Assembly: GCA_977017645.1 (NCBI GenBank)
Contig: OZ360243.1
Span: 65,224,001-65,288,000, forward strand
Origin: Torpedo marmorata
Taxonomy: Eukaryota
DNA length: 64,000 bases
Direction of reading: 5' to 3'
Part shown: positions 25,350 through 37,292 of the stretch, in pieces
Layout: each line of letters starts with the position of its first letter
Position numbering within the stretch: position 1 is the stretch's first letter
Made by a program: the position numbers and the translations under genes
Notes under the pieces: model-generated
What the model was told of the DNA's origin: nothing
Database searches by the model: none
What the model saw: the letters and a program-made list of their open reading frames with translations, nothing else

Positions 25350-27148
25350 TTGAGGAGTATAAAAAAATGCAAGAAAAACCTCAAGAAAGAAATCAGGAAG
25401 GCTAAAAGAAGATATGAGGTTGCTTTCGCAGACAATGTCAAGGAAAATCCTAAGGGTTTCTACAGGTATATTAAGAGCAAAAGGATAGGAAAGGACAAAA
25501 TTGGTCCATTTGAAGATCAGAGTGGTCGGCTTTGTATGGTGCCAAAAGAGATGGGGGAGATCTTAAATGGGTTTTTTTCATCAGTACCCACTCAGGAAAC
25601 AGGCACAGAGTCGTGGGAAGTAAGGAAAACAAGCAGTGAGGTCATGGAACCTATACAGATTAAAGCAAATAAGGGTGGATAAATCCCCAGGGCCTGACAA
25701 GATATTCCCTCGGACCTTGAGGGAGGCTAGTGCAGAAATTTCAGGGGCTCTGGCAGAAATATTTAAAATGTCCTTAGCCACGGGTGTGGTGCCAGAGGAT
25801 TGGAGGGTAGCTCACGTTGTTCCATTGTTTAAAAAAGGCTCCAAAAGTAATCCAGGAAATTATAGGCCGGTGAGCCTGATGTCAGTGGTAGGTAAATTAT
25901 TGGAAGGTGTTCTAAGAGATCAGATATACAATTATTTGGATAGCCGTGGACTGATTAGGGATTATCAACATGGCTTTGTGCGTGGTAGGTTGTGTTTAAA
26001 GTTGACAAAGGAAAGGCTGTGGATGTTGTCTACATGGACTTTAGTGAGGCCTTTGACAAGGTCTCGCATGGGAGGTTAGTCAGGAAGGTTCAGACACTAG
26101 GTATTCATGATGAAGTAGTGAACTGGATTCAACAATGGCTGGACGGGAGAAGCCAGAGAGTAGTGGTAGATGATTGCTTCTCAGATTGGAGGCCTGTGAC
26201 TAGTGGTGTGCTTCAGGGATCGGTACTGGGACCATTGTTGTTTGTCATCTATATCAATGATCTGGATGATAATATGGTAAATTGGATCAGCAAGTTTGCA
26301 GATGACACGAAGATTGGAGGTGTTGTGGACAGCGAAGGTTTTCAAACCTTGCAGAGGGATCTGGACCAGCTGGTGAAATGGGCTGAAAAATGGCAGATGG
26401 AGTTTAATGCAGACAAGTGTGAGGTGTTGCATTTTGGAAAGACAAACCAAGAAAGGACATACACAGTAAATGGTAGGGCACTGAGGAGTGCGGTAGAACA
26501 GAGGGATCTGGGAATACAGATACATAATTCCCTGAAAGTGGCGTCACAGGTGGATAGGGTTGTAAAGAGAGCTTTTGGCATATTGGCCTTCATAAATCAA
26601 AGTATTGAGTACAGGAGGTGAGAAGTTATGTTAAAGTTGTATAAGACATTGGTGAGGCCAAATTTGGAGTATTGTGTGCAGTTTTGGTCACCTAACTACA
26701 GGAAAGATATCAATAAGATGGAAAGAGTGCAGAGTTAGGTCTTTATTCCCTTGAGCATAGAAGAATGAGGGGAGATTTGATACCTCTATTTAAAATTATG
26801 AGGGGGATAGACAGAGTAAATGTAGATAGGCTTTTTCCACTGAGGGTCGGTTAGATACAAACCAGAGGACATGGGTTGAGTGTGAAAGGGGAAAAGTTTA
26901 GGGGGAACATTAGGGGGAACTTCTTCACACAGAGAGTGGTGGGAGTGTGGAACGAGCTGCCAGCTGAAGTGGTGAATGCAGTCTCAATTTTAATATTTAA
27001 GAAGAATTTGGACAGGTACATGGTTGGGAGAGGTATGGAGGGTTATGGGCTGGGTGCAGGTCAGTGGGACTAGGAAAAAAATGGTTCGGCACAGACTAGA
27101 GGGGCAGAGGTGGCCTGTTTCTGTGTTGTAATGTTTTATGGTTCTACA
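25350..27148 (+). mobile_element. CR1/HER1-type LINE, 5'-truncated ORF2 with internal deletions
   Basis: KENPKGFYRYIKSKR, PGNYRPVSL, YMDFSEAFDKV, QGSVLGPLLF, KFADDTK and NFFTQRVV motifs plus tail. Confidence 0.96.
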
Positions 27149-28749
27149 TAACAAAGCTCTATTTGGGTCATTGAGCTCTTCCAATGTATTAATGTCTAAA
27201 ATTCTTTGCATTTACCTCAAAAATAGCTACTGAGCAAATTTGTCATTTGAACAACATATTTACAAATAACAACCATAGATTTTTATTACAGTAAATTCAA
27301 ATCTGTTAGCATGAAAATCGTAGCATCATCACAGATACTGTTAAATTATTATCATATCATGACATACTGTATTCTTTTTAACATCCGTGCATAATAAAAG
27401 ATATATAATGCCCTCATACTAACTAGATGAACATGGATAAAAGGGAAAAATAGATTTAATGAGGTATTGTCTAAGCTAAAAAGTCAAAACAAAAGTAAAA
27501 GAGTGGAAACTACTGAGCATAACATCAAATAATCTGATAGCAGGAATGATTGATGAACATCACATCACTTCCTCGCTATCCTTCAAACCCAGTGTGTCAC
27601 AGTACATGCCGCATTATCAAAATAAATCTTTGTTTAAACAGGTATTGCTGTTTGTGCAAAAGGCCAGTTTGAAAATTTTCATCATATCTGTTTAAAATTA
27701 TTGGTAAATCAAATCCATGGAAGGTGGCAACCCCCAAACATAAGAATTTTAATAAGTAAATTCCGGAGGCTAATCACTGTCTTTTTCAATGGAACGCTTT
27801 TGAACCACTCTCACAACTAATAAGACAGAACAGAGATAGGCAGTCTCCAAATCAGCAAACATTACTCAGAAGAGCCTGTGGGCTAAATTTTATTGGCAGC
27901 TCCAGTGAAATGCACACCAGATGAAGTCTGTTCACACTGCTGCACCGTAAAGATTAATTGATCGAATTAGACCGGCGCCGCTCACGTGACAATTACTACA
28001 GACCCTAAATCCTTCCCAATAAACTGACAACACAGGTGGTCTGTCCCACACTGCCCCGACAGTACAATCCTGGTTTGATTTCATGGGAACACAACGAGAA
28101 GGTATCATTTCCAATTTTTAAACCTTGCACTCATGATTCCGTCCTTTTGTGAACTACCTTTCCAAAGAATTTGATTAAAGTTGCATATTAACACGTCAAC
28201 CATTTCAAGGCAATTACACTCACACTGATCTTCAATTCCCACTCATTTACAACTGAATTGCCTTCAATTTCATTTTATTATCAGTCGCCTACTTCGACTC
28301 GCAGAATTTATTTCGCAACATTAACATGCAATGTTTCTCCAATCGTAAGGCACAAGTTCTGGCCAAATATATTTCTTTTGTGCGGATTAATTTACATATT
28401 AATAGATTGAAATATGATGTATTTATTATCGGTTTCCACTCGCCATTCTCTCTCGTCTTTCAGTGGATCAGTGATATCATAACAAAACCTGGACTGTTAT
28501 TTAATTTGCTTTGACATCCACTTCACCTTTTTTTTTAACGTTTACTGTCATCCCACCATTCCACAGCTCAAGCCTTTCTATTCTGTCGAGTGCACTACAG
28601 CTTTTACAGTTGCAAGAATATTGACTGGTTTTTTTTCTTTTGACAACCTCCTGCTTTTTATTTCATCCTTTCTCATTCAAGTTGCATTTTTATCTGCACT
28701 ACTATCCTTATGAAAACCAAACTCCAGTCTGAAAAGCTATCAGAGGTTT

Positions 28750-28972
28750 TTAACATTTTTTATTAACATTTAGACATATAGGTAACATACCCTTTCAGCC
28801 CACGAGCCCGCACTGCCCAATTACACCCAATTGACCTACAACCCCCGTACGTTTTGAAGGGTGGGAGGAAACCGGAGCCCCCGGAGGGAACCTACGCAGA
28901 CACAGGGAGAACGTACAAACTCCTTACAGACAGCGCCGGATTCGAACCTGGGTCGCTGTGACAGTGTTGCCC
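28750..28972 (-). mobile_element. HE1-like V-SINE
   Basis: Reverse-complement V-domain and B box. Confidence 0.85.
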
Positions 28973-29044
28973 CTTAACTTCTTCCTAAATGTTCTTTGCC
29001 TTCTCCTGGCATGTTGTTACATCAAGTCATTCCTCTGTTAAAAT

Positions 29045-29178
29045 AATGAAAGGCTAAAGAAACTCAACGAGTCAGGCAGCATTCACAAAGAGAGAGGGTC
29101 AGTCAACGTTTCGGGTTGGGATGCTGCCTGATCCGCTGAGTCAATGCCCGCTCAAGATTCCAGCAGCCGCAGTTCTCA
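29045..29178. mobile_element. Old Penelope-type fold-back fragment
   Basis: aactcaacgagtcaggcagcat...gtcaacgtttcggg...atgctgcctgatccgctgagt. Confidence 0.6.
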
Positions 29179-29249
29179 ACTCCTCCAGTTCACGTGGATT
29201 TTCTCTCGCTCTATCTTGTTTCTAGCTCTCGTTTGGATCGGCTTTGCGC

Positions 29250-30425
29250 AGCTCGGACACATGGAAGGGCAATCTTGAAAGTGGAACTGTTAACTACAAG
29301 AGACTTCAACAAGATATGGACAAGCTGAAAGAGTGGGTGAAGAAGGCACGGCAAATGGAATCCAATGTTGGAAAATGAGAGGTGATCTACATTAGTGAAC
29401 GTTATAAAAGGCAGTGTATTTGTTAACAGCAAGAAATCAAGTCGTGCTGATGTTCAAATGGACCGAGGTGTGTTTGTACACAATTAACTAAAGCCCAACA
29501 AGCAGGTGCAGCAAGCTATTAGGAGAACAAATGGTATGTTGGCCTTTCTTACACAATGAATTGAACAAAGGAGTAAGTAAGATTTACTGTAATTTTATAG
29601 GGCCTTAGTATTATGCATATTTTTGGTCTCTTGACTTAATAAAGTATGTACGTGCCAGAGGAACTGGAGTGCAAATTAACTAAACTGATTCCAGGGATGA
29701 TTGGTTTGCGGTAGAAGAAGAGATTGAGTAGACGAGGACTGTGTTCTACATTGTTTACAAGAAGAAAAGAAGATCTTAGTTGTGGGGCTATAGAGCATGA
29801 AAGCTGGCCCTTCGGCCCAACTCATCCACCCTGTCCAAGTTATCGACCTGAGCTAGTCCCATTTAGCCTGAAGATGCAGACTCAACATTATAAAAACAGC
29901 TTCTTCCCCTCCTCCATCAGATTTCTGAACGAACAATAAACCTATGGACACTACCTCACTTTTTCTCTTTTTTGCACTAATTATTAATTTTTTTTTTAAA
30001 TTAAAAATTTTAATTTAGACATACAGCACGGTAACAGGCCATTTCGGCCCACGAGTACATACCGGGGGTGTAGGTTAATTGGGCGGCACGGACTCGTGGG
30101 CCGAAATGGCCCTGTTACCGTGCTGTATGTCTAAATTAAAAATTAAAAGTTTGGCCACCCCTGGTTTAAGGGGTAGGCCTTTTAGGATAGGAATGAGGAG
30201 AGATTTCTCCACTCAAGTGGTGGAGACCCTTTGGAATTCCCCACCACAAGGGATCTGATCATCGTGATCATTCAAAACAGAGATCGCTAGATTTCTGGGC
30301 ATAAAGGAAGTCACAGGTCGGGGGAGTGCTGGAAAACAGAGGCGAGGTGAAAATCAATCACAATGAAATGCACAACAGACTCAAAAGGCTAGGTGGCAGA
30401 CTCCTGCTCCAACTTCTAATGCATT
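29250..30425 (+). mobile_element. Old CR1 fragment with nested Rex1-like tail (about 29865-29990) and SINE fold-back (about 29995-30150)
   Basis: gcaggtgcagcaagctattaggagaacaaatggtatgttggcc and related CR1 motifs. Confidence 0.7.
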
Positions 30426-30984
30426 GCTTGCTCTCAGAGAACACAATATCTTAATCAAGAGCACTGCTGTTTGTGTGAGTTTGCAGGGTTTTCTACATTC
30501 TGACAATGGCCACATTTAAAGTACTTTACTGCTGGGAAATATTTCTGAAAAGGGTGTGAAAGGCCTCACATGAGCAAAGTTTTTTCTAACCATTGTTTTT
30601 CTTTGTATCAAAATTAAACCATTTTTCCACTGGATGATACCAGTGCCAGAAAAGAAGAAGTCTGAACCATTGTTCCTGCATAGGGCATTGCTCTTTGAAT
30701 AACTGGAATTCTCTCCCACCTTCCTACCCAGCCCACCCCCTCCCCCCCTCTGCCCTCCCCACCAAAGGCACAAATAAGAAGGGGTTGTGAGAAGGAACCA
30801 CAGGCAGGTAGGGCAGAGCAATGTTCCCTCTCATTTTTAGTAGTCAGTGTGCGCAAAAATCTTATGTTGTGCAAATTTTTTTTTTCCTGTGACAAAAGTA
30901 TGTGTGCACTGAATGCTTGTGCAAACCGGAACAGGAAAGGTGAGGTGACGTAAATTAGTGATGTGCAAATGTGGTATTTGAAAA

Positions 30985-31913
30985 ACCTTTCTTTTTTAAA
31001 TCTCTTTATTAATTCCATAAAATCATGTTCATTCACTATATATATTTACCGGAAAAAAGCAAAGAAAAGCATTATCACATGTTCCATTAATCCATCCATA
31101 ACGGAGTATACATTACAGATATATATCAATTGTTTTTTTCTTTACAATTTAGTATTATAATACCAATAGGAATAAAAAGAACCAAACCACAAAAAAAAGA
31201 TAATACAGTAATTTCATCATAATACACTTTTTTTATAAAAGCTAAAGCAATCTAAACTAGCCTACCACCTCCCCAGAATTGCACTGACCTGTAGAAATAA
31301 TATAACTTCAAATCATGAGGAATCATAAGCTCTGATAATAGTCGATAAAGGAACCCCAAATATTAGTAAATTTTAGGTTTAATTTAATATTTGAACATCT
31401 AATCTTTTCTAATGTTAAATAGGACATTAAACTTGATAGCCAATCTTCATATATAGGAGGATTACCATCCTTCCATTTTAGCAAGATCTGTCGCCTTGCA
31501 ACCAGAGAAGAAAAAGCAATCACATGTTTTTGATTATTAGTAAGATCATGATTACTAGGATCATTTATACCAAATATTGCTATAAATGGATTTGGATCTA
31601 ATTGAGTAGCTAAAACCAAAGAAAGAGTACAAAAAATTTTGTTCCAAAATCTAACTAACTTAGGGCACAACCAAAACATGTGAAATAATGTACCTTCATG
31701 AACATTACATCTATCACACATAGATGATATATTTGATGAAAATCTAGCCAGTAAAGATTTCGAGTAATGAGCTCTGTGAACTACTTTGAATTGAATTAAA
31801 TTATGTCTTGCACATAATGAAGAGGTATGGATATGGTCCAAAATATTGGACCACACTGAAGGTGAAAAAACTTCTAAAAAATCTCTTTCCCAAGCCTCCT
31901 TTATTTTATCCAC
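30985..31913 (-). mobile_element. L1-clade LINE 3' end (ORF2 CCHC region, 3' UTR, polyA signal)
   Basis: ORF 31323-31913 LIQFKVVHRAHY...CDRC...GTLFHMFWLCPKL. AATAAA and an A-rich tail near 31010. Confidence 0.9.
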
Positions 31914-32100
31914 ATGCTGTATCGTGCTGAAAAACCGACTAACTAGTTAACAGAAACAGTTAGCTAAGAGATTATTTTCAATAAGTATAATTATTAATTA
32001 CTACATTATTTTAGGTAACTAACCTTTTGTGCGCACATTAATTTCCTTTGTGCGCTGGTTGCAAAACGTGTGTGCACGCGCACACGCCAACAGCTTAGAG

Positions 32101-32473
32101 CAGGGTTTCCCAAACTTTTTCTTTCCACTCACATACCACCTTAAGTAATCCCTATGCCATAGGTGCTCTGTGATTAGTAAGGGATAACTTAGTGGTATGT
32201 GAGTGGGAAAAAAAGGTTGAGAACCACTGCTCTAGACCCAATTGTTACTGAGATATTTTGCTTGAGAAAAATTGTCATTGGCCCATTTCCTTTGGAGTTA
32301 TGAAACCGTGCACATAACGAGTCAATTAGGTACGATTAAAACAGTGGTTTTCAAACTTTTTCTTTCCACTCACATACCACCTTAAGTAATCCCTTACTAA
32401 TCACAGAGCACCTATGGCATAGGGATTACTTAAATTGGTATGTGAGTGGAAAGAAAAAGTTTGGGAAACCCTG
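32101..32473. mobile_element. hAT composite MITE, second copy
   Basis: Terminal inverted repeats cagggtttcccaaacttttt / aaaaagtttgggaaaccctg and a perfect 8-bp duplication gcttagag (32093-32100, 32474-32481). Confidence 0.93.
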
Positions 32474-32478
32474 GCTTA

Positions 32479-32751
<273 letters not shown>

Positions 32752-32924
32752 TTAAAATAGAGCTGAGTCCACAACCAGATCAGCCATGATCTTATCAAAT
32801 GCCAGAGCAGGCTCAACTGGCTGGATGGCCAACTCCTATTCCTTATGCTCTTATGGAAATAATATTTCCAAAAACACATAACTTTCTTTCCTGTTTCCAT
32901 GATAGCAGAGCAAGAATATGCCAT

Positions 32925-33154
32925 CATAAATTTCGGTCCACGAGTCCGTGCCGCCCAATTTACACCCCATTAACCTACACCCCCAGTACGTTTTGAACGG
33001 TGGGAGGAAACCGAAGCCCCCGGAGAAAACCCACGCAGACACGGGGAGAACGTACAAACTCCTTACAGACAGCGCGGGACTCGAACCCCAGTCCAGTCCC
33101 GATCGCTGGCGCTGTAAAGGCGTTGCGCTAACCGCTACGCCAACCGTGCTGCCC
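32925..33154 (-). mobile_element. HE1-like V-SINE
   Basis: Well-preserved head and V-domain. Confidence 0.9.
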
Positions 33155-33359
33155 TTATATAAAATGTTCTGAAGGTGCTTCAGAGGGCAACTAAATGCAA
33201 CCTTTTTTCTCTCATTGACTTTGAACATCTGGGTCGTTTGGAAGACTTTCTCAAACAAATATCTGCCTTGGGAGAGTGTAGACATGCTGCATGCAAGTAG
33301 ACTGTTTCCTGAAGCACGAAGCCACAGAAAATTAAATCTGCACAAATACTACCGGACAA

Positions 33360-33590
33360 GGCATGGTGAGCATAAAGGTAGCGCAACGCTTTTACAGCGC
33401 CAGCGACCCGGGTTTGAATTCGCCGCTGTCTGTAAGGAGTTTGTACATTCTCCTCGTGACCTGTGTGGGTTTCCCCCGGGTATTCCGGTTTCCTCTCACA
33501 TTCCTAAAGGTAATGGTAACTTAATTTGGTTTAGATGGCCAGAATCGGCGTCTACAGTGTTTTATTATTAGAAAAAAATTAAATAAAAAG
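33360..33590 (+). mobile_element. HE1-like V-SINE
   Basis: gcgcaacgcttttacagcgccagcgacccgggtttgaatt plus V-domain. Confidence 0.85.
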
Positions 33591-33714
33591 TATTTGATGT
33601 TGTTGTGAATTCCTAACTGGATGAATAACATCCAGGCAAGTGAACAGAACCTGAGTAAACTGGGCCTGTCAAATGTTCCATGGGGACTCCATCTACCTCT
33701 CCAGCTGCCCAGGA

Positions 33715-34037
33715 AAAGCAATCAACGCAATGAAAGACCCGTCACACCCTGGACACATTCTCTTCTCCATCCTCTCTATGGGGAGAAGGCTCAAGAGTGT
33801 GAAAATGCGCACCAACAGGCTTAAAGACAGTTTCTTCCCCGCAGACATCAGGCTCCTGAATAACCCCACCACAGTGCTGCTCTTGCTTGGTGCTAACTGA
33901 TCTTTCTTTTTGTTATATTCCTATCCTCTGTAAACTGTGCCCTCTCCACAGCCATATGAAAGATAGAGATAACCTGTTGGACTGCTCGCAGAAGACTTCC
34001 CACTGTACTAGGTTTAATGTGACAAATAAACTTAAAA
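33715..34037 (+). mobile_element. Old Rex1-like LINE 3' end
   Basis: KDPSHPGHILFSILSMGRRLKS...DSFFP remnant. Confidence 0.75.
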
Positions 34038-34157
34038 CATTGTCGTTAAAACACTGCCTCACCAGGACAGGATGTTTAAGACTTACATGTTTTTTTGTTT
34101 TAACCATGATAGCTCACTTAGAAATGAAACATTCTTTTTAAATATTTGAAAAATTAT

Positions 34158-34397
34158 TTAAATTTTAAATTTAGACATACAGCACGGTAACAGGCCATTT
34201 TGGTTCAAGAGACCGTGCCACCCAATTTACACCCAATTAACCTACAACCCCCGGTACGTTTTGAACAGTGGGAGGGAACTGGAGCCTCCGGGGAAAACCC
34301 ACGCAGACACGGGGAGAACGTACAAACTCCTTACAGACAGCGCAGGATTCGAACCCTGGTCCCAATCGCTGGCGCTGTAAGAGCGTTGCACTAACCA
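34158..34397 (-). mobile_element. HE1-like V-SINE
   Basis: Tail, V-domain and B box. Confidence 0.9.
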
Positions 34398-36084
34398 CTT
34401 TTAGAAAGGAACCGGTAACTACAAGAGAATGGTACTTTCTCAGTTTGGCAAGTGAATCTGGTGCTGGGGTGAAATGGAGGAGGAGAGAAATATCTTTGCA
34501 TCTTCCCACTAGTCAAGAGCTCCATCTAAAAAATAAATTTCCATTTGCCCAGCCCACTTAATTTTTGCTCCTGTTGATCTGCTCTGCATTGCCAGCAACA
34601 GAATGTGAATGTTTATTTTTAAAAGAACATGTAGTGGCCTTTTAAAAATAACAAAAGCAAGGGACACAATTCAAAGGATGCCTGAAGAACACTTCTTAAT
34701 ACATGTTATTGTACTGAGTATCCAGAGCAGCCAAGGCTAATAGAGTGTCACATATTTTTCTGCTGATCACATCGACTTCGAGCTGATCCTGTTTGGACAG
34801 TCACCCGAAACTCCTTCACCAAACTACTCGTTTCGTTCACCCACACCAACACTCCCCACCCCTCCTCCCGAATTCTTGTTCAAACACCTTTGTGTTTTGA
34901 GGTCGGGGAAGTGATATTGTTGTAGAAAGCAGTTATCTCGACCCAGCAGATATCCGGCAGCCCTTCTCTAGGAAGTCAGCTTTATGCATTAGAGAACAGG
35001 GAAGGTGGGGGTGGGGGAAGAGAGTACAAAAAAAATGGGGAGACCTGCTGCCAAGTAAATGCACTGAAAGCACTTCCCTCCCTCGAAAGTTTTCCTATCT
35101 TAACGAGGCTAAGAAAGATTGGAATTCCATTAGAGGTCAATCATTAAAATCAACATTTTCACAGAGGCACAAAGGGAGCAGAATGGTTTGGTTAGGCCAG
35201 TGCAATCGGGACATTACATTTATGTTGATTGATGTGGGGTAAATGATAACCCATGTTACTTTTTTTTTGTTTCCCTTGGTAGAAGGTTAAGACGGAGGAG
35301 GGCGGGGGGGGGGGGGGCGTTGCGCAGGCAGGGGCAAAAAGTAGTCTAGCAAACTACGCACATCGCAAAGCCAGAACAAGTCAGGTTCAAATGAAGACTG
35401 CTGAAGAGACGGCAGCTCTCTCAACAATCACAATGTGTACTCTGGAACATTATTGATAGCCAGGGTGCCAGCGATAATTGGCGTTTCAATAGGCCTGTCA
35501 AATGGTTTAGGAATGGTTTGTTAAAACTTACAGGCGAATGTCACTTAAATATATTGCAAGATATATATATATTAAATGGAATTAGGGCATTATGTGGCTG
35601 ATTGTAGAGTCTATCAAAGGGGGTTTTGATACGTATGATCAAATAATGCAGATGTGATGGTGGAAAAGAAAATAAACAAAATTGACAGAGGAAAATCATT
35701 AAAATTTACAGTGATCTTTCCAGGAAGTCGCTTGAGGAATATCACACATGCTAAGAGTTTGGATAGACTAATGATTTAATTTCCATTTATGTTTGCGATG
35801 ACTAATTTAAAGTTTCTGTCAATGAAAAAGGCAAGAGATGTGCAGGCTTTCAAAACCAATACAAGGAGAGGTGAGATGTTCTGCCTCTTTAATGTGTGGT
35901 ACAGAAATACTAGAAAATACTCGTGTCTATCAAAGCTGCTCGGTCTTACAAGATATTGCAAGAGCCGATTGAAATACTGGAGGTGTGGTGCGGATTTCCG
36001 CAAACCACCCCTTGCTCCCCCCACCCAAATAAAGTCTTACTCAGATCAGGAAATGAAAAGCTGCTGTTAGATCCTTTAATCCCG

Positions 36085-36655
36085 TCATGTTCCTCGCTTT
36101 CAAATTATTGGGAAAGTATTTTCCGTACCTTGTCTTTAGTTCTTAATGTTAATTTGGCTTCTAACCCTTTTCTAGCCCTATTTGGAATAAGTAAGTCAGC
36201 TGATTTAAATTTATCTAGGCTACAATCCCACGTAGTTGCCTTTGCTCTCCTTATTGCCAGAAGAGCTATACAGTACTTATGAGATGGAAGGATGCTGTCC
36301 CTCCTACACATACTCAATGGTTATCTGATGTGACGGCATGCTTCACTCTGGAAAAAATCAGATGCTCTACTAATGAAATGAACCGTAATTTTCTTAACTT
36401 ATGGGGTCCTTTCCTTAATTATTATCAGAATTTATAAGATTATTGGATTCCATTTTATGGTTTGGTTGCATTTTCTTTCATACATTAGTGGAACATATAC
36501 GTTTAATCACAACTTCACAAGGGAGGGGTTAGATTATTAGAGTAGGTTTTTTTTTCATATTTTTTTTTATCTCTTTCATAGGTTGTTTACAGCCATTTGT
36601 TAATATATATTTACATTGTTGGATATATATTCTTGTTGTTACCTATGTGTGAGCA

Positions 36656-36693
<38 letters not shown>

Positions 36694-36700
36694 AAAATAT
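36085..36700 (+). mobile_element. L1-clade LINE 3' end ending in (TA)n
   Basis: YWESIFRTLSLVL...NPFLALFGI...VAFALLIARRAI, homologous to the 31323-31913 ORF. Confidence 0.8.
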
Positions 36701-36734
36701 TGGAAAGAGATCCTTTAATTCCCCCACTACATAC

Positions 36735-36880
36735 CAGTCTCCTCTTGGGTTTGATGAGAGGTCGGTTCTGGCCGTTCATTTTGTGGTAGAGACCACAAGC
36801 ATTGCACAGATAGTGCCCAGTACCATCCCTTCTCCACAGCGGGGTAGAGGTGGCTCCACAGTTCACGCATTCTCGACCTT
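36735..36880 (-). CDS. GATA3: GATA3 zinc finger 1 exon
   Basis: Acceptor tttgtttcag|AA. Translates [49 protein letters not shown]. Donor CTG|gtatgt. 146 nt. Confidence 0.98.
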
Positions 36881-37159
36881 CTGAAACAAAATCAGAAGAC
36901 AGTCACTTCCAGTCACGACAACTCGGCACAGATTATGAAATGAATGATTGCTCATGAAGTGGCAGAGAATGCATGCTACACTCCATATATTTGCTTCACT
37001 TCATGGCAGAGTTGCCCAATATATTAACCACTAGCCACATGTGGCTAAGTGGAAATCCAAACGTGACTGATTGTCCTTCAGATGGGTAAATAGCACATGA
37101 ATAAAGACAGTATTCTTGGACACATGGTTCCAGTATTCATTTGGTTGGTGTGTACCTTC

Positions 37160-37292
37160 AGAATCATAGAACATTACAGCACAGAAACAAGCCCTTCAGC
37201 CCTTCTAGTCCATGCAGAACTATTATTCTACCTGGTCCCACTGACCTGCACCCTGACCATAGCCCTCCATACCCCTCCAATCCATGTACCTG
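37160..37292 (-). mobile_element. CR1 3' tail
   Basis: Matches 6900-7040. Confidence 0.85.
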
